Assembly: GCA_002189035.1 (NCBI GenBank)
Contig: CM007991.1
Coordinates: 558,001 to 622,000 of the forward strand
Length of the DNA stretch: 64,000 nucleotides
DNA from: Utricularia gibba
Taxonomy: Eukaryota; Plantae; Magnoliophyta
Direction: 5' to 3'
Part shown: positions 28,993 through 40,585 of the stretch, piece by piece
Layout: every line of letters begins with the position of its first letter
How positions within the stretch are numbered: position 1 is the first letter of the stretch
Made by a program: the position numbers and the translations under genes
The notes under the pieces: model-generated
Database searches by the model: none
Seen by the model: the letters and a program-made list of their open reading frames with translations, nothing else
What the model was told of the DNA's origin: nothing

Positions 28993-30288
28993 TGCAAAAT
29001 TTTTGACAGGGAAACAAACCCGCACAGGTACTTTGATCAAATCCAGTCCACAGAAATCCTAATCATCAACAACAATCAGCCCATCATCCTGATCTTTTTT
29101 CTTTGAACCCCATTTTCGCTCATTGTCATTACTAAAACATGCACAAGACTCAGAGAAGTTATCATTGCCATCATTAACAACAGAAGATGATTGTCATTGA
29201 AACACACGACGAACCCCATCCGCCAATGTCCTCCCCCCATGTAACTGAACTCGAAAATGATAGCCGATGACACTCCTCAAAATTCTCCGAAATACGCGCG
29301 AGTCATTCGATACTCCTAAAAACAGGAAAAACCAAAGAATAGAAATCAAGATTTCAACATTCCCCTTCTCCCATAAGAACGATCAAAACTCGGAGATGAA
29401 ATCTTGTACCATTTTCTCTGACGATCAGCATTTGAAACTCGTAATAAAACCGTTACCCAATAGGAATTTATTGTTAATAAATTAAAACAAATATAATAAT
29501 TTGGGGTGGGCTGCATAACTTTATGGGCTGGCCGCGTGACTTGAAGGTTTAGGGCCACAGTCCAGTAGTGTTTTAAAATTCAAGATTTAATTCGGAAGCA
29601 AATCCATCAATTCGAATCCATAATTTTGATTTAATAATATTTATAAAAAAAATTAAGAATTATAACAATAATTATCATTTTTAAACCCAAAACTATGAAT
29701 AAATTAAAGAATGAGGCGAACTCAATTTCAAAATACTGATTGATATATTAGAACTCGATCGTGGTGGAACTCTTGATTATCGTATTTGATTGCGTTCTTA
29801 TGTTTGAAAAAATTCGATTGTAATGAGAAAAATGTGATAGGGATCAATGGAAGTTCACAAGTTTAAAGATCTTGATCGCCAAAAATAGAATTTCAGACAA
29901 AATACACTAGGGTTTATTACCATAGTGTGATAATAGGTTTTCATGTTGTAATTAGTACTCTATAAACGGAGGCCGATTAAGTTTCCCGAAAATTCTGAAA
30001 ATAGTAAAATATAAACTTCCAAGAAAATAAACTCAAATACTCAAAAAAGAAAACTCTCAAAAGTAAAGCAAAATGCTAAACAGTCAAATAGTAGCCCTAG
30101 CTGGTAGCGCCAGCATTTTTAAATACCTAATCAGAGGTTATTATTGCAAGAATCCGATCAACTCCATTGACCGGACCGTTTGAATTATCAGACAGGAGCA
30201 CATGGCAGCAGGTAGCCTTTCGAACTTGTTTTAATGAAGGCGACTGTTTAGCGTTGCAAGAAACGGTTCTCCTATTTCCAGAAAGGCG

Positions 30289-32207
30289 ATGAAACGAAAA
30301 CGCCTTCTACTGGTTCTGGTTTTTCTTCTGCTGCACGAATTCTGCTTGGGACGTTCGCCTCCTGTTTCCGATGAGGCGCTTAAACGTGTCGCGGCGTCGT
30401 TGCCAAAGTTCGTGGACCCTCTGCCACGAATCCCAAAGCTCTTGGGATACGCACCAGGCCTCCATGGTCGTCACCGTCCGGGAGCTCTCACCATCGGCAT
30501 GTATAAAACCAAATGGGTACTCGTATTCTCTCCGTAGTATTTCGTGCTCGTAGTGGAGTTTTGACTTTAATTAAATGATTCACGTGTGCATAGAAATTCC
30601 ATCGCGACTTCCCGGAGACGACGGTGTTCGCCTACGGTGCGTCTAGAAGGGAAGCCACCGTGCCGGGGCCATTGATCGAGGCACTTCGAGGAGTTCCCAC
30701 TTACGTTAGATGGGAGAATCATCTCCCAAAGAAGCATATTTTGCCATGGGATCCGACGATCTTAACGGCCAAGCCGAGATCCAATGGTGTTCCGACGGTG
30801 GTGCATTTGCACGGAGGCATTCACCCGCCGACGAGCGACGGCAATCCTCTTGCCTGGTTTACCTGTAACTTCTCCGAACGAGGGCCTGCGTGGACGCAAT
30901 CGACGTACATGTACCCGAATGCTCAACATGCCGGGAACTTATGGTACCATGATCATGCCCTAGGGTTAACTAGGGTTAACTTGCTCGCTGGCCTGTTTGC
31001 ACCATATCGCATTATAGACCCTGAACTTGAAGACAAATTCTATCTTCCGTCGGGCCCGGAGTTCGATCATAACTTGGTCGTGTTCGACCGGAGCTTCTAC
31101 GCCGACGGCTCTCTCTACATCAATCGTACCGGAAATGTCCCACATGTTCATCCGCAATGGCAGCCGGAGTACTTCGGTCATGCGATTATAGTAAACGGCA
31201 AGGCTTGGCCGTACTTGGAGGTCCGCCGTAGAAGATACAGGTTCCGGATTACGAATGCTTCCAACGCCAGGTACTTGAGCCTCTCATTGACGAACGGTCT
31301 CTCGTTTATCGTGATCGGCTCCGATGGGTCGTACTTGCCGAGGCCAGTCACCTCCTCCACCGTCCTGGTGGCTCCGGCGGAGACATTCGACGTTGTTATC
31401 AACTTCGGTTTGTCGGCTCATGGATCGTCCATTCTCACGAACGACGCTGCTTATCCCTTTCCATCAGGAGACCCCGTCGATGAGCTCAACAGCCAGATCA
31501 TGAAGTTTATCATAACAGAAGGGCCGTCGGGTATTCCGGACACCTCAACAGTTCCGAGACAACTACATACATACACCGGAGAATCCGCAGCCAAATCGGC
31601 AACGAAAGCTGCTAAGAGGAGATACATCGGACTGTACGAATACGCAAACTCCGACGGCGAGCCGTTGCGTCTCTACATCAACGGTAAGAGATTCTCGGAC
31701 GCGGTTACAGAAACGCCGCGAATAGGGTCAACTGAAATATGGGAGGTGATAAATCTCACTGAAGACAATCACCCCCTTCACATTCACCTGGCAGAGGTTC
31801 AAGCCGTCAAGGTTCAGAGCCTGAACGATCACGGCAAACGCTTCAAAAAGTGTATGACAGCGAAGTCAGACGCCGTCGCCTGTAATATTTCTTCCTATGC
31901 TACAGGAGGTTTGCATCGTGTCCCGGAGCAGGAGAAAACATGGAAAAATGTAGTGAAGATCGCCCCCGGCAACGTGACTACGGTGGTTGTGAAGTTCAAC
32001 ATGGTAGACGGTGATCGAGACTATCCATTTGACGCCACTCTTGATCCCGGCTACGTTTATCACTGCCATGTGAGTTGAAGATGAAGTAACTGCATATCAT
32101 TTGGGATCAACATTGATTAATATCATCTTCGTTTTCTTTGTCTTTTTGTGTAGATTTTGGACCATGAAGACAACCAGATGGTGCGCCCACTAAAGCTTCT
32201 GCATTAA
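30289..32207 (+). CDS. LPR1: LPR1-type multicopper oxidase, copy B, 3 exons (30289-30516, 30594-32069, 32154-32207)
   Basis: Signal peptide, all four copper-binding motifs, same two intron positions as the other copies, no lesion seen. Confidence 0.95.
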
Positions 32208-33550
32208 ATTGTTGGAACCGAAGAAGGTTTCGCTTTCAACTGTTGCATTTAGCTCAACAACTCTGTACCATATTCCTACTCAATTGTTTAATGCTAATAT
32301 GCGTATAAAAATAAAGCTTAGTCAATTCCACCTGATTTTGTTACCAGTTAGGTTTCAACTACACACAACTGCTGATTGATCATGGGGGTGAGCATTATTT
32401 CCCAATTGTGATTAAAAAATTAATTTTACCAAATAATTATTAAATCAAACAATCAATATAATAATTTAAAAATAAAATAATCAAATGTATAATAAATTAC
32501 ATATTAATAATAATTAATTAAGTCTAATCTTTTTTATGTAATTTATATTTCTTGTGTATTTGAATTTCATCCAGTCTATCAAATCTTAAATTTTAATATG
32601 GTATTAAATCATTTATTAAACACTATGCATAATAAAAAAATAAGTTTTAACTGAATTAAAAACTAGTTCGACTTGATGATGAATATTAGAATAAAAAATT
32701 ATATATCAAGATTTGAAAATAAAATATTTAATTATTTAAGAATCACAAATGATTAGTAATTGATTTAATTTAATTTTTTTAATGTGATTTACGTTTTTTT
32801 ATGTATTTGAGTTTTATGTATAATCACATAATACATGGTATACTCAAATTCAACAATATTAATTGTCATAAATGGAATTAACATCGATACTGTTTGAATA
32901 GTGAACCCTGATTGTGTAAGATGCTTTCTACTATGATTTCTTGTCATGTCATGTCATATGAGAGAACCTCATAAAAGATCAGAACTAATCAAATGCGAAA
33001 AAGACACGTTTTCGGATTATCACAACAATTGATGACAACATCCCGAGATTTTGCTGCACAAGATGTGCCACAACAACAAAATCATTTCATGGAAGAAACC
33101 CAACGAAAAGACAAACAAAGGCTTCGACAGGTAGGGGCTGGCAGAAAACAATGGGCGAATGCTGCTGCTGCTGCAATAAACAACTTTCGATGAAGACATG
33201 AAATGTGTTCGAAGCATGTGAACAAACGAACTGATGCATCGTTATCCATTACAGCTTCGAATTTTGGACAATACTCATTGAAGATAAACCTCGATTCAGT
33301 TTGCTCACTTGAGGAGCTAAACAGGATCGATCACATGCAGGGGCGAAAAGGACTTTTCCATACTGAAAAACGTTGAGAGTTGAAGCTTATCACAAGTATG
33401 AGGAGGGACATTTCCAAAAATAACTTGTGAATTTGAAGTCCTCAGGCCTTCTAACAAGTCATGTAGATGAACTTGTGATCCAATCGAATTCAATTCTTTT
33501 TTATTTGATTGATTGCATTTGATGATTTTTATAAAAAAAAATTGAAATTT

Positions 33551-33569
33551 TAAATAAATAAATAAATAA

Positions 33570-33614
<45 letters not shown>
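33551..33614. repeat. Compound microsatellite (TAAA)n(TA)n
   Basis: Read directly from the sequence between LPR copies B and C. Confidence 0.95.
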
Positions 33615-33620
<6 letters not shown>

Positions 33621-35238
33621 TTCGCTTTGATTATCCAATTCTGAGGATTTTATGTTTTCATCTTTTAGAAAAAAAATATTTAAGAGAATCATTCTATTTG
33701 AACATGTACAGTTATTCATTCGTAATCAATGGGATACCATCACAAGTCATATTATATAGATAATATTTAAAACAGTGGAAGGGACGAGTTGACCAAAGCA
33801 CAGGGCCATCCACTATTGAGAGCTCAAAAAAAAAATGAAGACACCAAAAATCCAATACCATCTCAAGAAGGCTTACTACAGTCTCAATGTGAAAACAACA
33901 TTTTTGCAATAAGATATCAATGCCAATTTCTTACATCTTTTTTATTGCAGTTTCACGTTTTTTTCTGAATAAAAGTATAATCAATACCATGGCACTGTGA
34001 ATTCACCATGGAGTGCAGTATTGGTGAACAGAAAAGTGGGGTATGTGAGTTCACAAGGTCACAATTTCTTTTCAAAATACCTGGTGCTGAATCCTATATC
34101 TTCATGTCTGGTCTATAAATAATGGCATTCTGTCAACTTCATTCTCAGATCTGCTCTCTAGTTTGCCTCCTCGTTTTCACAAGCCATGAAACGAGAGAAG
34201 AAATGTCTCGTTCTGGTTCTTTTACTGTGGGAATCATGCTTCAGGCTATGCCTCTCTCAGCAGCCGCCCGTCACTGATCAGGCACTTCAGCAGATTGCTG
34301 CGTCCTTGCAAATGTTCGTCGACCCTCTTCCCCAAATACCGAAACTGTTGGGCTACACTCCCGGCCGCGATGGCGAACCTCATGTTCCCGGAAAGCTCAC
34401 CGTCGGCATGTATCAAACCAAATGGGTATCTACAATCTCAAATTCAACTCATTTTTCTTTGTTTAATGCTTTTATTCTGATGTTCAAGTTTTTGAAAAAC
34501 TGTTTGCAGAAATTCCACCGTGATTTCCCACCAACTACTGTTTTTGCGTACGGAACCTCGCAAGCTCGAGCGACGGTGCCGGGGCCGGCGATCGAGGCCG
34601 TACAAGGAGTTCCAACTCACGTGACATGGGAAAACCATCTCCCCAAGGAACATATTCTTCCATGGGATCCAACAATCGCCGCGGCGATACCGAAATCCGG
34701 TGGCGTCCCCACGGCGGTGCATCTGCACGGTGGCATTCACCCACCATCAAGCGATGGCCACGCCCTTGCCTGGTTCACGGCCAACTTCGCTGAACGGGGA
34801 CCGACGTGGACCCAGTCCACGTACACTTACCCTAATCTTCAATCGGGTAATCTATGGTACCATGACCACGCCGTTGGGCTAACCAGGGTTAACCTCCTCG
34901 CCGGCCTTATAGCGCCGTATGTTATTAGAGACGAGGAGCTTGAGGAAAGGCTGAATCTCCCTTCCGGTCCCGAATTCGATCGCAACTTGTTCGTGTTCGA
35001 TCGGAGCTTCTATGCCGACGGCTCGCTTTACATCAACCGCACCGGAAATGTCCCAAAAGTTCATCCGCAATGGCAACCGGAATTCTTCGGTCATGTTATA
35101 CTTGTGAACGGGAAAGCTTGGCCTTTCTTGAAAGTTCACCGCCGGAAATACAGGTTCCGGATCACCAATGCTTCCAATGCGAGATACTTGAATCTTGCAC
35201 TGACGAATGGGCTTTCGTTTACTGTAATCGGTTCTGAT

Positions 35239-35628
35239 TGATGTCGAGTGAGGACGAATATGAGATAAACCAGCAGCAAACTGTGAGAAATGTGGAGGAC
35301 CCAGAACAGGAAAATACGAATGTGTTGAGAGATAACGGGAGGAAGAAGAAGAAGGTCTGTCAGCAACTCGGACTGATTATACTGGACAGCAAGATCAGAA
35401 GATGGGCCACCAACAAAGATCTTGCTACTCATCCACTTCAAGAAAATGGCCCAACATGATGATATGGCCCAACGTGCTGAAGTCAATATTGTTGGAAGTC
35501 GTAGTGAGCAACGGCTAATCCCTAGAAGTAGGCGACCGTTGCTAAAGAACTATAAATATGTGTACTCTTGCATAACATTAAAATATATCTGTTCTACAAC
35601 CCTCACACATCGATATAAACTGCTATCA
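35239..35628 (+). repeat. 5' LTR (390 bp)
   Basis: TGATGTCGAG...CTGCTATCA; by eye identical to 40196-40585; TATA-like CTATAAAT in its 3' part. Confidence 0.97.
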
Positions 35629-35646
35629 TGGTGAACCCGACGTGAA
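35629..35646 (+). other. Primer-binding site complementary to the 3' end of cytosolic tRNA-Trp
   Basis: TGGTGAACCCGACGTGAA directly follows the LTR; its reverse complement TTCACGTCGGGTTCACCA matches the plant tRNA-Trp(CCA) 3' end as recalled. Confidence 0.85.
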
Positions 35647-35760
35647 ACAAGCAGCTCAACATTGCTATCCTTCCAAACACGGTTTGCCACTCAAACACTA
35701 CATCTAAAGGCTTCTTACCTTACTCTATATTCTATCGCAGGTTCTCAAAAGAGTGTCATC

Positions 35761-38700
35761 ATGTCTGTAACAAACATATTACCTCCCATTTTTGACGGAA
35801 AGGAATACGATATTTGGGCGCCAAAAATGGAGATATATCTCCAACTTCATGGGCTCTGGAAAATAATAGCCACTGATCCAGTTTTTGAAGGAACACCTGA
35901 AGAAAAAACTGCAGCTGAAAAAGCTTATAGAGACAAAGAAATTCAGGCTGCAGCTGTGCTAGCCACAGCAGTGGTTGGAGATGCTTACAGGTGTATAACT
36001 CGAAGGTCTCCAAGAGAGGCGTGGCTTATGCTCGAGAAAACCTTTGAAGAAACAAAGGAAGACAAGCACAGGGAGATACAGAAACTATGGAATGAAGTTT
36101 ACAACTTCAAAATTAGAGATGGCGAGGTAGCCACCAATGCAGAACAACTTCTCAAAAACCTGGAAAAACTAAAGCGCCTTGGAGAAGAAGTTGACTCCCG
36201 TGAAGAGCGCAAGCTTAAGGCCAGGATCATTCATAGTGCTCCGGCAGATTATGATGCTGTCGTTGAATCCTTGGAAGCAACCGGATTTCTAGAAACTCTG
36301 AGTCTGCAGCAACTGCTCCAACACTTCAAAAATGTGGACAGCAGACGTAAATCTCGCAATGAAGAAAATCTATTAGAAGCTGCCTTCAAAGCATCACTTA
36401 CTATAGCAGGTCCTAAAGGAGAAAATGGGACACAACAATATTCTGCACCAAGTTTCCTACCTGTCAAGAAAGAGAAAAAGGGGCCACATCCTCCTTGCCC
36501 ATATTGCGCACAGAAAAACCACATTCCAACGAACTGTTTTTGGCATCCTGAGGCTCATTGCGCAATCTGTTCAACCAAAGGCCATGTGGAGCGTGTGTGT
36601 CCCACCAAGAAATCATATGCCTCTACTTATGTTGTTGCTGCATCTTCTGAACATTCAAAAAACAAATCAATTCATGTATCTCCTGATGATTCAAATATGA
36701 AAGTGAAGTCTTCAGTTTATATCTTGTGCAGCAAGACTACTCTCTCTGATTTCACTGATCTACGACACAACACAATCTGGTTCATTGATTGCGCCTGCAG
36801 TAATCACTTGACCAACAACAAGTCTATATTCACAACATATACCCCAATATCAGGAAAAACTCTCACCATTGCTGATGGAACGCTCATTGCAGTTGAAGGT
36901 GTTGGATCAATCTGTCTGGAAACTGAACAAAAACTCATCAAGATTACTAATGTATTCTATGTACCAAAGGCTTCTCACAACTTACTGAGTGCAGGACAAC
37001 TAGCAGAATGTGGATATGAGTTGAATATAGAGAACAATATGTGCTTGTTGAAGGATTATGCTCACAATATTGTACTAAAAGTGCCCATGGTAAATCGCCT
37101 CTTTCCAGTTAACTGCATGACAACTAATAGTAATTTCTGTCTTGCAGCTGTAAATACCTCTTTCCTATGGCACAAAAGATTAGGTCACTATCATGCAAGC
37201 CAACTCAGAACAGCGCAAACCCAAGGAGTTATACATGGCGTACCTCAATTAAAGGACTGGAATTTCCCGTGCAGCACCTGTCTATTTGGGAAAATGCACA
37301 AGAAGCCATTCAAGAATCGTACTGAAGTATCCGACTCTAAACTACAGCTAGTAGTCTCTGACGTATGCGGACCTATGCATGTTGAGACACCTGGTGGAAA
37401 GAAATTCTATGTCCTATTTATTGATGACTACACCAAGCATATGTGGGTATATTTTCTTAAGCAAAAGTCTGAAGTGACTAAATACTTCAAGCAGTTCAAG
37501 ATGATGGCAGAATTACAAAGCAATTGTAGAATACTTACTTTGCATTCAGACAATGGCGGGGAATACAAATCATCCGAACTCCGAGACATCTGCAATGCAA
37601 GTGGTATAGTTCATCGGTTTACCGTTCCATATACCCCTCAACAAAATGGTGTTTGTGAAAGGAAAAATCAAACGATTATGAATATGGCTCGTTGCTTGTT
37701 ATTGGAACACAACTTACCATTGCGCTTTTGGGGAGAAGCTGTTAACACAGCGGTATTCCTATTAAATCGACTTCCCACCAAAGGAATACCTGAAGGAAAA
37801 ACTCCACATGAACTGTGGTATGGAAAAGTCCCAGATCTACAGAATCTGAAAATCTTCGGATCCCTCTGCTATGTCCATATATCTAAAGAAAAACGCAGAA
37901 AGTTAGAGAATCATGCTCAAATGGGGGTCTTTATGGGATATTCGGACTCCTCTCAAATTTACAGAATATTTATTCCATCCAAACAATGTATAGAAGTTCA
38001 AAGATGTGCTGATGTTGTGGTTGAAGAAAGTCTGACCTATGACTGGCATAATATCTCTTCTACTCCTGAAAACGAAGCTGAATATTCCAGAGACATGCAA
38101 CTCCTATTTCCTATCAATGCATCTGAAAATCTTACTGAAATGCACGAAGAGAATCTTGTCAATGAACTTCCTGAAACTAATACCACTATTACGAATAATT
38201 CCAATCTTGTTGGTGCAGAAACAGAGGACAACAATTATTTCAGACATCACTCAGAAAGGAATCAAGACATGCAAAGTAATGATCATATGCCATATCCTAC
38301 TTCGTCGCAACAGCCTCAACATGGAGAAAGCAGAGAATCAGAATATCAATTCTCTTCATTACAAGAACAGGAGGAAAATACATCTCACTTCCAAAACTCT
38401 GAGCAAATTATATCTGAAAGACATGATAACACAGAAAATATCTCAGAAGATTCAGCAAACAACTACAATTCCTATACACATCACTTTATGCTGCAGTCAG
38501 CCGATCATCTCATAGATGAAGAGCCTGCTAGAGGTTACTGTCCTCTTACTGAAGTCTATGACAGATCGCTTATGATTTGTGAACCTACCTCTCCCTTCGA
38601 AGCTCTCAATGATCCTGCATGGAAAACCTCAATGGATAATGAGTTACAGGCCATAGCAGAGCATCAAGTGTGGACAGCGGTGGATAAACCTCTCAATATT

Positions 38701-40416
38701 AAACCGTTGGGATTAAAATGGATTTATCGCACAAAGCTAAATCCAGACGGCTCAGTAAATAAGTTAAAGTCTAGGCTGGTTGCAAAAGGATATCTTCAAA
38801 AGGAAGGTATAGACTACTGGGAGACTTTCGCACCGGTAGCTCGTCTGGATACAATAAAATTGATTATCGCATTAGCCGCCAGTCAAGGTTGGATCCTGCA
38901 CCATTTAGACATAAAGAATGCGTTTCTGAATGGAGACTTGAAAGAAGACATATATGTTGAAAATCCTCCCGGTTTTACACTAAAGGATGGCTCAAATAAG
39001 GTGTTAAAACTCCAAAAGGCTCTCTACGGGCTTAAACAAGCGCCCAAGGAATGGTATTCAACCATAGATTCATACTTTGGTCAAATGGGTTATATCAGAA
39101 GCAAGAACGACCCTACTCTATACACCCTCAACAATCAAACTGGAAAGGTCATCATATCTTTATACGTTGATGACATCTTACTAACAGGAAATAACGAGAC
39201 ATTGATAGCAGATCAAAAATCAAGGCTCAAACAACGGTTCGAATTGACTGATCTAGGGCCAGCAAGATATATTCTTGGACTAGAGATAATACAAGATCCC
39301 AATTTTATATTTCTCAGCCAGCAAAAATACACTGAAGACTTACTAAAAAAATTTGGGATGGACAATGCAAAAGAAGCAACTACGCCTTTCACTCCATACC
39401 TGAAGAACAAGGCAAACAACTATCTGAAAGAATTAAATTCTGCCGATTCAGGGCCACAAGATCCTCAAGAAAATTCAGTGAACATACGAGAATATCAGAA
39501 GACTGTTGGTGCCCTACTATACCTCACCTCAACTCGACCGGACATTACATTCGCTGTAACGTTTCTATCCAGGTTTATGCATCACCCTCTTGCTTTACAC
39601 CTTAGAATAGCTAAACAAATATTCAAATATCTGAATGCTACAAAAACTATGGGTTTATACTTCAAAAGGCATACTGACCTATCTCTTCAAGGGTTCGTAG
39701 ACTCTGATTTCGCAGGTGACGAATCTGATCTTAAATCCACCACTGGTTATTTGTTTACTCTGGGCTCTGCTGCATTTGCTTGGAACAGCAGAAAACAGAC
39801 CTTAGTAGCTCAATCCTCAGCCGAAGCAGAATACATGGCTGGAGCTTGTGCTGCAAATCACGCTCAATGGCTCCTGAAATTATGTGAAGATTTACAGATC
39901 AAGATTAACAAGCCACTCATTCTGAAAATTGACAGCAAATCAGCCATAAGTATAGCTCAAAATCCGGTCATGTTTGGGAAGACGAAGCATATCAAAATCA
40001 AATACCATGTTCTTAGGGAATACATCAAAGAAGGAAGCATAAAATTGGAGTATTTACCATCAGAAAGACAAGCCGCAGACATTCTCACCAAAGCCCTCTT
40101 TCCAAGTCATTTCTCTCAAATCCGTGAGCTATTAGGGCTGCGCAGAAATCCCTTGATTACTGCTGCCTCATCTCATGTTCTTCCTCAAGGAGGAATGATG
40201 TCGAGTGAGGACGAATATGAGATAAACCAGCAGCAAACTGTGAGAAATGTGGAGGACCCAGAACAGGAAAATACGAATGTGTTGAGAGATAACGGGAGGA
40301 AGAAGAAGAAGGTCTGTCAGCAACTCGGACTGATTATACTGGACAGCAAGATCAGAAGATGGGCCACCAACAAAGATCTTGCTACTCATCCACTTCAAGA
40401 AAATGGCCCAACATGA
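35761..40416 (+). CDS. Copia gag-pol polyprotein, uninterrupted
   Basis: Gag PIFDGKEYDIWAPKM; two CCHC knuckles (CPYCAQKNHIPTNC, CAICSTKGHVERVC); protease WFIDCACSNH; integrase WHKRLGH..CSTC, SDVCGP, SDNGGEY, NGVCERKN; RT RLVAKGY, LDIKNAFLNG, LYVDD; RNase H DSDFAGD, SSAEAEY, ADILTKAL. First ATG at 35761; the ORF track opens at TTG 35662. Confidence 0.97.
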   Translation: MSVTNILPPIFDGKEYDIWAPKMEIYLQLHGLWKIIATDPVFEGTPEEKTAAEKAYRDKEIQAAAVLATAVVGDAYRCITRRSPREAWLMLEKTFEETKEDKHREIQKLWNEVYNFKIRDGEVATNAEQLLKNLEKLKRLGEEVDSREERKLKARIIHSAPADYDAVVESLEATGFLETLSLQQLLQHFKNVDSRRKSRNEENLLEAAFKASLTIAGPKGENGTQQYSAPSFLPVKKEKKGPHPPCPYCAQKNHIPTNCFWHPEAHCAICSTKGHVERVCPTKKSYASTYVVAASSEHSKNKSIHVSPDDSNMKVKSSVYILCSKTTLSDFTDLRHNTIWFIDCACSNHLTNNKSIFTTYTPISGKTLTIADGTLIAVEGVGSICLETEQKLIKITNVFYVPKASHNLLSAGQLAECGYELNIENNMCLLKDYAHNIVLKVPMVNRLFPVNCMTTNSNFCLAAVNTSFLWHKRLGHYHASQLRTAQTQGVIHGVPQLKDWNFPCSTCLFGKMHKKPFKNRTEVSDSKLQLVVSDVCGPMHVETPGGKKFYVLFIDDYTKHMWVYFLKQKSEVTKYFKQFKMMAELQSNCRILTLHSDNGGEYKSSELRDICNASGIVHRFTVPYTPQQNGVCERKNQTIMNMARCLLLEHNLPLRFWGEAVNTAVFLLNRLPTKGIPEGKTPHELWYGKVPDLQNLKIFGSLCYVHISKEKRRKLENHAQMGVFMGYSDSSQIYRIFIPSKQCIEVQRCADVVVEESLTYDWHNISSTPENEAEYSRDMQLLFPINASENLTEMHEENLVNELPETNTTITNNSNLVGAETEDNNYFRHHSERNQDMQSNDHMPYPTSSQQPQHGESRESEYQFSSLQEQEENTSHFQNSEQIISERHDNTENISEDSANNYNSYTHHFMLQSADHLIDEEPARGYCPLTEVYDRSLMICEPTSPFEALNDPAWKTSMDNELQAIAEHQVWTAVDKPLNIKPLGLKWIYRTKLNPDGSVNKLKSRLVAKGYLQKEGIDYWETFAPVARLDTIKLIIALAASQGWILHHLDIKNAFLNGDLKEDIYVENPPGFTLKDGSNKVLKLQKALYGLKQAPKEWYSTIDSYFGQMGYIRSKNDPTLYTLNNQTGKVIISLYVDDILLTGNNETLIADQKSRLKQRFELTDLGPARYILGLEIIQDPNFIFLSQQKYTEDLLKKFGMDNAKEATTPFTPYLKNKANNYLKELNSADSGPQDPQENSVNIREYQKTVGALLYLTSTRPDITFAVTFLSRFMHHPLALHLRIAKQIFKYLNATKTMGLYFKRHTDLSLQGFVDSDFAGDESDLKSTTGYLFTLGSAAFAWNSRKQTLVAQSSAEAEYMAGACAANHAQWLLKLCEDLQIKINKPLILKIDSKSAISIAQNPVMFGKTKHIKIKYHVLREYIKEGSIKLEYLPSERQAADILTKALFPSHFSQIRELLGLRRNPLITAASSHVLPQGGMMSSEDEYEINQQQTVRNVEDPEQENTNVLRDNGRKKKKVCQQLGLIILDSKIRRWATNKDLATHPLQENGPT

Positions 40417-40585
40417 TGATATGGCCCAACGTGCTGAAGTCAATATTGTTGGAAGTCGTAGTGAGCAACGGCTAATCCCTAGAAGTAGGCGACCGTTGCT
40501 AAAGAACTATAAATATGTGTACTCTTGCATAACATTAAAATATATCTGTTCTACAACCCTCACACATCGATATAAACTGCTATCA
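40196..40585 (+). repeat. 3' LTR (390 bp)
   Basis: Direct repeat of 35239-35628, preceded by the PPT and followed by the TSD. Confidence 0.97.

Larger units (their letters stand above)
35239..40585 (+). mobile_element. Full-length Ty1/copia LTR retrotransposon (5347 bp), TSD CTGAT
   Basis: TG...CA LTRs at 35239-35628 and 40196-40585; CTGAT at 35234-35238 and 40586-40590; PBS at 35629; PPT AAGGAGGAA at 40187-40195; domain order gag-PR-IN-RT-RH. Confidence 0.98.

Noticed and set aside
30085-30110. TAGCTGGTAGCGC resembling a tRNA D-arm
   Set aside because: No T-loop (GTTCRA) or acceptor stem at the right distance.
32993-33217. Short ORFs between LPR copies B and C
   Set aside because: Low complexity, no known motif and no supporting splice structure.
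34122-34140. Partial match to miR394 (TGGCATTCTGTC)
   Set aside because: Only about 12 nt match, in sense orientation, with no hairpin; it lies in the LPR copy C leader region.
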